From Alphaproteobacteria bacterium (GTDB taxonomy: Bacteria; Pseudomonadota; Alphaproteobacteria; UBA828), in NCBI GenBank assembly GCA_965214705.1, contig CBDCCI010000002.1, positions 2,464,001 through 2,528,000 on the forward strand: 64,000 bases of DNA, given 5' to 3'. Below are positions 58,047-64,000 of this stretch, piece after piece. The stretch's first letter is position 1, and every line of letters begins with the position of its first letter. The notes beneath the pieces were generated by a model. It had not been told where the DNA came from. It searched no databases and worked only from the letters and a program-made list of their open reading frames with translations. Position numbers and translations under genes: made by a program.

Positions 58047-58175
58047 TCCCCCCTCCGCCCTCCCGGGCCGTAGGCCCGGACGGCGCGACTGCGCCGCGCG
58101 CGAATGCGCGTAGCCAAGCGAGCGGAGCGAGCGCCCGGCGCTTGAGGGAAATGAATAAGTTGGGTGGGGAGGGGG
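58047..58175. repeat. Structured intergenic element (nested palindromes)
   Basis: CCCCCTCC...GGAGGGGG outer arms; inner CCGGGCC-gta-GGCCCGG hairpin. Confidence 0.45.
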
Positions 58176-59054
58176 TCAGCCGCGGAAGCGGGGCTCCGGC
58201 AGGCCACGGCAGCCCGTGCCGGTGACGGCGAAGATGCTGCCGGCTTCCTCCTGCTTCGCCAGCACCTCGTCGCTCAGGTTCACGCGGGCGCCGGTGACGT
58301 AGAGCACGTCGAGGTCCGCACCGCCGAACATCGGGCAGGTCACCTGCTGGAACGGCATCTCGATCGTGCGGTCCAGCGTGCCGTCCGGCGCGAAGCGGGC
58401 GACGCACCAGCCGTTCCAGCGCGCGTTCCAGAGGTAGCCCTCGGCGTCGACGGTGGAGCCGTCTGGGATGCCCGGCGCGCTGCCGGGTCCGACGAAGACA
58501 CGCTTGTTGGAGATCGCGCCGGTGGCAGTGTCGAGGTCGTAGGCCCAGATCACGTCCTGGTCGAGATCGGCGTAGTACATGGTCTCGCCCTTGGGGCTGA
58601 AGGCGATCGAGTTGGAGACGACGATGCCGGTCTCGGTCTTGTGCAGGCTGAGGTCGTGGTCGAGCCGGTAGAGCGAGCCGAGCGGACGGCCGACCATTCC
58701 ATCGTCCATGCTGCCGGCCCAGAAGCGGCCCTGCCGGTCGCAGCGGCCGTCGTTCATGCGGCTCTCGGGCTGGTCGGTCTCCACCTCGTGGATGGTCTCG
58801 ACCGCGCCGGTCTCGGGATCGAAGAAGCGGAAGCCGCCGTAGAAGGCGACCACCATGCCGCCCTGCTCGCGCAGTACCAGCGAGCCGGGCTGCTCGTCCA
58901 CCGGCACCTGCTTGTGCTCGCCCGTGCCCGGCGTGAACCAGCTGATCGACTGGCCCTTGATGTCGAGCCAGTAGAGGCGCTGGTCGACGGGGCACCAGAC
59001 CGGACTCTCGCCGAGCTGGTCCCGGCAATCGACCACGCATGCGACCTCGGCCAT
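58176..59054 (-). CDS. SMP-30/gluconolactonase family protein
   Basis: LGESPVW, RMNDGRCDRQGRFWAGSM, SNSIAFSP, PDGSTVDAEG. Confidence 0.94.
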   Translation of the reverse strand: MAEVACVVDCRDQLGESPVWCPVDQRLYWLDIKGQSISWFTPGTGEHKQVPVDEQPGSLVLREQGGMVVAFYGGFRFFDPETGAVETIHEVETDQPESRMNDGRCDRQGRFWAGSMDDGMVGRPLGSLYRLDHDLSLHKTETGIVVSNSIAFSPKGETMYYADLDQDVIWAYDLDTATGAISNKRVFVGPGSAPGIPDGSTVDAEGYLWNARWNGWCVARFAPDGTLDRTIEMPFQQVTCPMFGGADLDVLYVTGARVNLSDEVLAKQEEAGSIFAVTGTGCRGLPEPRFRG

Positions 59055-59128
59055 CGTTCTCGCTCCCGCTGAGTTGCCGCCCGGACGGTGCGGCTGGGCT
59101 GTCGCATCGCGGCGGCGACAGGCCGGGC

Positions 59129-59203
59129 TGGTGGGCGCTGCTGGATTTGAACCAGCGACCCCCGCCGTGTGAAGACGGTGCTCTCCCGCTGAGCTAAGCG
59201 CCC
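59129..59203 (-). tRNA. tRNA-Val(CAC)
   Basis: GGGCGCTTAGCTCAGCGGGAGAGCACCGTCTT-CAC-ACGGCGGGGGTCGCTGGTTCAAATCCAGCAGCGCCCACCA; 75 nt with encoded CCA. Confidence 0.97.
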
Positions 59204-59215
59204 GCCCGGCAGGCG

Positions 59216-59244
59216 ATTAGAAGAATCGCGCCCGCCCCTGTCAA
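59216..59244 (-). promoter_or_regulatory. sigma70 promoter of tRNA-Val
   Basis: TTGACA-17 bp-TCTAAT, ending 12 bp before the tRNA 5' end. Confidence 0.75.
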
Positions 59245-59268
59245 GGCGCCACGACGCGTTTGCGCACT

Positions 59269-60270
59269 CTAATCGTAGAGCACGATGCAGCGCACCTCGA
59301 TGCTCCAGCGATCGGGCGCGTCGGGCGCCGTCGTCGGGTCCTCGAAGGCGGTGTGGAAGCTGAAGGTGCAGGGCGCGTCAGGGCTCGCCGCGTCCGCCGC
59401 CGCGCCCTCGGAGCGCGCCATGCCCCCCGCCGAATCCCACTGCTTGATCAGCAATGCTTCGTCGCGGGTGAGCGCGGGATAGAAGTACCAGCGATGGGCG
59501 TCGGCGTGCTTCGCAAAGTAGTTTTCGCCGATGCGGTCCGCGTAGTGGATCTCGAACACCACCAGATCGTGAGGATGCACGCTGGCCGCATCGCAGAGCG
59601 CGAGCGGATGGGTCGCGACCGGCTCCTCGGCGATGTTCCGCCAGACATTGATGAGCGCAAACCGGCCCGAATCGAGGGCATGCGCAACATCCGCCTTGTC
59701 GAGCAGCGTCTCGCCGTCGGCCATCAGCGTGCGGTAGGTGTCGTTGACGGTCGGCGGATTCGATAGGTCGCGCAGGCGCTGCGGGCCGCTGGTCAGCGTG
59801 TAATCGCCGTGCACCACGTGCGCAGGCCGCTGCACGTGCTGCCCGCCCGCGATGCGCTGCCCGCTCAGCTTGCCGGAGGCCGAGCGCACGTTGTGGTCGA
59901 AGGCCTTGACGATGCGCGCGCCGGTGTGCTCCCGGACGATATCGGCACAGTGCGGGTAGTAGCGGCGCACCACCTGCTCGTGATCGAGAAAGTCGAGGGC
60001 GGGCGCCGCCAGCGTCCGTTCGAGCATTTCAAAGCCATTGGCCTCGAGGGTGCGGCGCTCGGGCCCCGCGAGGCCGCGCGCGTCGTGAATTAACACTTGC
60101 CGCTTGTCCCGCTCGGTGCCCTCCCACGGGGTGTCATTGCCTTCGCTATCCCTGCGCACGAGCACCTTGCCGTTGCGGTAGAGCGAGGTCTCGACCGATG
60201 CCGCAAGGTAGGTCACCGCCCCGGTTCGCACCGCGTCGGTCTGTGCTTGTTTCGCCACGTTCATGAGCAT
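59269..60270 (-). CDS. CmcJ/NvfI/AsaB-like oxidoreductase
   Basis: AFDHNVRS, VHGDYT, INVWR, PLALCDA, FHTAF, RWSIEVR. Confidence 0.8.
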   Translation of the reverse strand: MLMNVAKQAQTDAVRTGAVTYLAASVETSLYRNGKVLVRRDSEGNDTPWEGTERDKRQVLIHDARGLAGPERRTLEANGFEMLERTLAAPALDFLDHEQVVRRYYPHCADIVREHTGARIVKAFDHNVRSASGKLSGQRIAGGQHVQRPAHVVHGDYTLTSGPQRLRDLSNPPTVNDTYRTLMADGETLLDKADVAHALDSGRFALINVWRNIAEEPVATHPLALCDAASVHPHDLVVFEIHYADRIGENYFAKHADAHRWYFYPALTRDEALLIKQWDSAGGMARSEGAAADAASPDAPCTFSFHTAFEDPTTAPDAPDRWSIEVRCIVLYD

Positions 60271-60273
60271 TCC

Positions 60274-61335
60274 TTATGTAAGCCAGCGCGCGAGATTAGC
60301 ACGCACGTAGTCGTCGTCGGTGAGGTGCGGATAGGCCGCCGAAACCCGATCGATCTCCGCCGCCTGGCCGGGGCTCAGCCCCTCCTCCGGGTCCAGGCAC
60401 CAGGTGCCACGCATCAGCCCTTGGCGGCGCAGCACCTCGTGGCAGCCGGCGATGCAGCCCCGGAAGTCGTTGGCCACGTCGAAGAGAGCGGCGTTGCAAT
60501 CGGTGATCTGGGAGTCGAGCGCGAGGAAGTCCGCATCGATGGCGCCGGCTTCCGCTGCCGCATGGGCGCACTCCAGCAGCTCCACGGCCCGCTTGACCCA
60601 GACGCTCCAGTGGCCGAGCAGCCCGCCCTTGATGCGCACGGTGACCGCCTCGCCGCCACGCACGAGGCGCCAGGGCGTGACCAGATCGAGCAGGATGTGG
60701 TCGTCGTTGCCGGTGTAGAGGGTCACGCGATCCTCGGCGCCCGCTTCGACGACACCCCGCACCACGTCGAGCGTGCGGTAGCGGTTGAAGGGCGCGACCT
60801 TGATCGCCACCACGTTCTCCAGCGCAGCGAGGCGGCGCCAGAAGCCGGGCCCCAGCACCACGCCGCCCACCGCCGGCTGTAGGTAGAAGCCGACCAGGGG
60901 GATATGCGCGGCGAGCCGGGCACAGTGCTCAAGCCGCTCGTCCTCGCTCGCGCTGGCGAAGGCAGCGAGGCTCACCATCCCTGCGTGATAGCCGAAGCCG
61001 AGCGCGACATCCGCCTCAGCCAGCGCCTGCTCGGTCCGCCCGACCAGGCCCGCGATCCGCACCAGCGGCCGGTCGGTCCAGGCGTCGGCGGTCTCGGCCG
61101 CGAGCTTCAGCACCGGCTCGTAGAGCCCCGCCTCCCTGATCGCGAACTGCGTGGTGTGGACGCCGACCGCAAGCCCGCCGGCGCCCGCGTCGATGTAGTA
61201 GCGGGAGAGCGCCCGCTGCCGCTCCGTGTCCAGCCGGCGTTCGGCGTCGAGCGCGAGCGGATGCGCCGGGATCACGACGCCCTTGGCGAGTGTCGCCCGC
61301 ACCGGCGCCGGCACGTCGCCCCAGGCGAGGCTCAT
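60274..61335 (-). CDS. Dihydrodipicolinate synthase family aldolase/lyase
   Basis: IPAHPLAL, AVGVHTTQF, GFYLQ, AIKVAPF, YTGNDD; ATGA overlap with the epimerase. Confidence 0.88.
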   Translation of the reverse strand: MSLAWGDVPAPVRATLAKGVVIPAHPLALDAERRLDTERQRALSRYYIDAGAGGLAVGVHTTQFAIREAGLYEPVLKLAAETADAWTDRPLVRIAGLVGRTEQALAEADVALGFGYHAGMVSLAAFASASEDERLEHCARLAAHIPLVGFYLQPAVGGVVLGPGFWRRLAALENVVAIKVAPFNRYRTLDVVRGVVEAGAEDRVTLYTGNDDHILLDLVTPWRLVRGGEAVTVRIKGGLLGHWSVWVKRAVELLECAHAAAEAGAIDADFLALDSQITDCNAALFDVANDFRGCIAGCHEVLRRQGLMRGTWCLDPEEGLSPGQAAEIDRVSAAYPHLTDDDYVRANLARWLT

Positions 61336-62387
61336 GACGCCGCCGGCGCGGAGAACACGCCGTCCCTCACTTCGTACTGGGTGGGCTTGGCAAGGCTCGG
61401 CATGTCGCGCGCGACCCAGTCCGCCACCCAGTCGATCATCCGCCCGAGCGGCACGCGCGGATAGCCGAAGAGCGCGAAGGTGCGTTCGGCGTTGGTCAGC
61501 CAACCGCGTGCCGCCTCCTCGCCCGCGAACACGGGCTCCCGGTCGAGGCGCTCGCCGAAGGCTGCCGCCAGCGCGCGGATGCTCACGGTCTCCGGCCCGC
61601 TCACGTTGATCGGCGCGGCCGGCACGGCGCAGTGCTCGAAGCAGCGCAGGGCCATGGCGTTGGCGTCCCCCTGCCAGATCACGTTGACGTGTCCGGAGGT
61701 GAGGTCGATGGGCTCCCCGTCCCGCACCTTGCGGGCCACGTCGTGCAACACGCCGTAGCGCAAGTCGATCGCGTAGTTGAGCCGCACCAGGCGCCCCGGC
61801 GTGCCGAGCTTGCGCGAGAAATACTGGATCAGCCGCTCGCGCCCGACGCAGGAATTGGCGTACTCGCCCGGCGGTGGCGTGGGCGGCGTCTCCTCGACGG
61901 CGCCCTGGTGGCGGACATCGACGAAGGGATAGACGCAGCCGGTGGAGAAGGCGACGATCCGGGATTCGTGGAAGGTCTCGGCGACGATGGCGGGCACGTA
62001 GGCGTTCATCGCCCAGGTCAGATCGTCGTCGCCCACCGCGCCGAACTTGCGGCCGGCCATGAAGACGACGTTGGGGAGACGCGGCAGCGCCGCCACCGCG
62101 TCGCGGTCGAGCAGGTCGCACTGGATGGTCTCGACGCCCCAGGCGGCAAGCTTGTCACACACACGCGGGTCGGTGAAGCGGGCAACGCCGACGATGCGCT
62201 TCTCCGGCGCGGCGCGCTTGGCGAGGCCCGCGAGCGTTGGCCCCATCTTGCCGCCGACGCCGAGCACGATGATGTCGCCGTCCACGCGCGCGAGAGACCC
62301 GCGGAGCGCGTCGTCGGGCGCGGTCATCAGGTCTTCGAGCGCGGCCTCGTCGGCGATGCGCTCGGGCCACGCGGATGCATCGCTCAT
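61332..62387 (-). CDS. NAD-dependent epimerase/dehydratase family protein
   Basis: GVGGKMG, MAGRKFG, STGCVY, YANSCVGRER. Confidence 0.9.
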   Translation of the reverse strand: MSDASAWPERIADEAALEDLMTAPDDALRGSLARVDGDIIVLGVGGKMGPTLAGLAKRAAPEKRIVGVARFTDPRVCDKLAAWGVETIQCDLLDRDAVAALPRLPNVVFMAGRKFGAVGDDDLTWAMNAYVPAIVAETFHESRIVAFSTGCVYPFVDVRHQGAVEETPPTPPPGEYANSCVGRERLIQYFSRKLGTPGRLVRLNYAIDLRYGVLHDVARKVRDGEPIDLTSGHVNVIWQGDANAMALRCFEHCAVPAAPINVSGPETVSIRALAAAFGERLDREPVFAGEEAARGWLTNAERTFALFGYPRVPLGRMIDWVADWVARDMPSLAKPTQYEVRDGVFSAPAAS

Positions 62388-63220
62388 GACGTGAGCTCGG
62401 GGCGGCGGTCGGCGCGGTAGGTCGCGATCGCGCGCCAGCGGTCGAGGTCTTCCTGCGCAATGTCGATCCGCGCCACCGCCAGCCCCTCCCCTTCTGTCAG
62501 CGCCGCCAGAATCTTGCCCGAGGGGCCGGCGATGCAGGAATGACCGAGGCTGGTGAAGGAGAGGCCGGGCGCCAGCTCCTCGACGCCGACGCGATTGGCC
62601 ATCGCCACAAACGTGCCGTTCTCCAGCGCGCGCGTGGCGGCGAGCCCTTGCGTGACCGGCCCGCTCCAGCCCCAGGTCTCACGCTGATAGGCGTCGGCGA
62701 TCCAGTTGGTGCTATTGACGATAAGGTCGGCGCCGAGGTCGCCCAGGCGGCGCACGTAGTCCGCGAAGATGAAGTCGTAGCAGACCGTCATCCCGACCTT
62801 GCCGAGCGCGGTCTCCACCACCCGCACCTCGTCGCCGGCGCGGCAGCTCTCGCGCTCGGAGGCGAAGAGATGGGCCTTGTCGTAGACAGCGAGGCAGCGG
62901 CCGTCGGGACCGAAGAGGAGCTGCGAATCGTAGATGCCGCCGTCCCGCTGCGTGTAGGCGCCGACCGCCATCGTGATCCCGTTCTCGCGCGCGATCTCGC
63001 CCAGGCGCTGCGCGCTCGGCCCGTCCGGCGGCTCCGCTAGACCGGCAAGCCGATCACCCAGGAAATAGCCGGTGGTGGCGCATTCCGGGAAGACCACAAG
63101 GTCGACATGCCGGATCGCGGCCTCACCGGCGAAGCGGGCGATGGTCGCGAGGTTGCTTTCCGTGTCCCCGGTGGCGCAATCCATTTGCGCGACCGCGAGG
63201 GTCCAGGCCACGCCACTCAT
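62384..63220 (-). CDS. Carbon-nitrogen hydrolase (nitrilase superfamily)
   Basis: FPECATTGY, YDKAHLF and VCYD give the E-K-C triad. Confidence 0.92.
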   Translation of the reverse strand: MSGVAWTLAVAQMDCATGDTESNLATIARFAGEAAIRHVDLVVFPECATTGYFLGDRLAGLAEPPDGPSAQRLGEIARENGITMAVGAYTQRDGGIYDSQLLFGPDGRCLAVYDKAHLFASERESCRAGDEVRVVETALGKVGMTVCYDFIFADYVRRLGDLGADLIVNSTNWIADAYQRETWGWSGPVTQGLAATRALENGTFVAMANRVGVEELAPGLSFTSLGHSCIAGPSGKILAALTEGEGLAVARIDIAQEDLDRWRAIATYRADRRPELTS

Positions 63221-63258
63221 GTCGCCCCTCCCCCGCTGTGCCGCTCTTGCCCGTCCGG

Positions 63259-64000
63259 CTAGTTCCTGAGCGGCTTGCCGGTCTCCAGCATGTGCTCCAT
63301 GCGGGCGATGGTGCCGGGCGTGCGGATCAGCGCGAGCAGCGCCTCGCATTCCAGCTCGGAGAGACGGTCCTCCGGGATCTCCCGCACCGCATCGGTCTCG
63401 CCGCCGGTGAGCACGTTGCCGAGATGCTCCACCACCACCAGGTCGTGCGCGGTCGCCTTGCGGGTCTTGGCGAGCCCCTTCACCGCCATCTTGAGCGCGA
63501 CGCGCCCGGTCTTGCCCGGCAGCTTGACCACGGCGGGCTCCGGCGGCGTGTAGTCCTCCGCCAGCGCCAGTGCCCTGGCCTTGGCATCGGCCAGCAGGCG
63601 GTCGCGGTTGGCGGTGATGCCGTCGCCCTCGCGCAGGAACCCCAGGCTCTGCGCCTGCTTGGCCGAGCGCGAGACCTTGGCGAGGCCGATGGTCTCGAAC
63701 ACCTTGGAGATCGCAGGCATCGCGCCGCCGAATCCCTGCCGGCCGCCGGTGAGCCCGCGCAGCATCATCTCCTTGCAGCCGCCCCAGCCGGGCACGAGCC
63801 CGACGCCGGCCTCGACCAGGCCCATGTAGCTCTCGGCGTGGGCCTGCACCGCGTCGCAGTGCAGCAGCACCTCGCAGCCGCCGCCGAGCGCCATGCCCGA
63901 CGGCGCGCCCACCACCGGGAAGGGCGCGAACTTGAGGCTTCTGAAGGCGGCCTGTCCCTGCTTGATCGTCTCCTCGATCATCGGCCAGGCGCCGACGTTG
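63259..64000 (-). CDS. 3-hydroxyacyl-CoA dehydrogenase/enoyl-CoA hydratase (FadB/FadN-like), 5' part outside window
   Basis: ALGGGCEVLLHCD, YMGLVEAGVGLVPGWGG, HMLETGKPLRN. Confidence 0.9.
   Translation of the reverse strand, partial: NVGAWPMIEETIKQGQAAFRSLKFAPFPVVGAPSGMALGGGCEVLLHCDAVQAHAESYMGLVEAGVGLVPGWGGCKEMMLRGLTGGRQGFGGAMPAISKVFETIGLAKVSRSAKQAQSLGFLREGDGITANRDRLLADAKARALALAEDYTPPEPAVVKLPGKTGRVALKMAVKGLAKTRKATAHDLVVVEHLGNVLTGGETDAVREIPEDRLSELECEALLALIRTPGTIARMEHMLETGKPLRN

Noticed and set aside
56195-58225. 676-aa plus-strand ORF and similar long shadow ORFs (e.g. 44551-46326, 49545-51188, 54360-55724)
   Set aside because: Antisense or off-frame ORFs typical of high-GC DNA, overlapping well-supported genes.
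59129-59203. tRNA-Val as an integration site for an island
   Set aside because: No adjacent integrase, and I found no duplicated tRNA 3' end in the window.

Overview
GC-rich window, probably from an alphaproteobacterium (inferred from the serS-surE-nlpD order and the CCCTCTCC...GGAGAGGG-type palindrome). Bases 1 to ~32.5 kb form an accessory island built around an atypical minus-strand Tad/Flp pilus locus. Its order is two TadE-like pseudopilins, two Flp pilins, a CpaE with a ~520-aa acidic extension, CpaF, TadB, TadC, an embedded di-haem cytochrome c peroxidase plus a His-less sensor kinase, CpaA, CpaB, two hypotheticals, a TPR-SPOR protein, and a giant TadD-like/CpaC-N fusion with at least 12 alternating BON-like repeats. 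The locus is hit by an IS66 (1-2541) and by a tyrosine recombinase + IS91-type HUH transposase element (9233-11854) with 15-bp inverted ends. A truncated LysR, a frameshifted hybrid kinase, an intact LysR and a ROK regulator follow. The remainder holds nlpD-surE-serS, a SprT-like protein, a toxin-antitoxin pair, gpmI, a Liv-type ABC transporter with amide/amine catabolic enzymes, an IS5 inserted in a palindrome, tRNA-Val(CAC) and a partial FadB/FadN-type gene. All family calls come from motif reading; no database searches were run.
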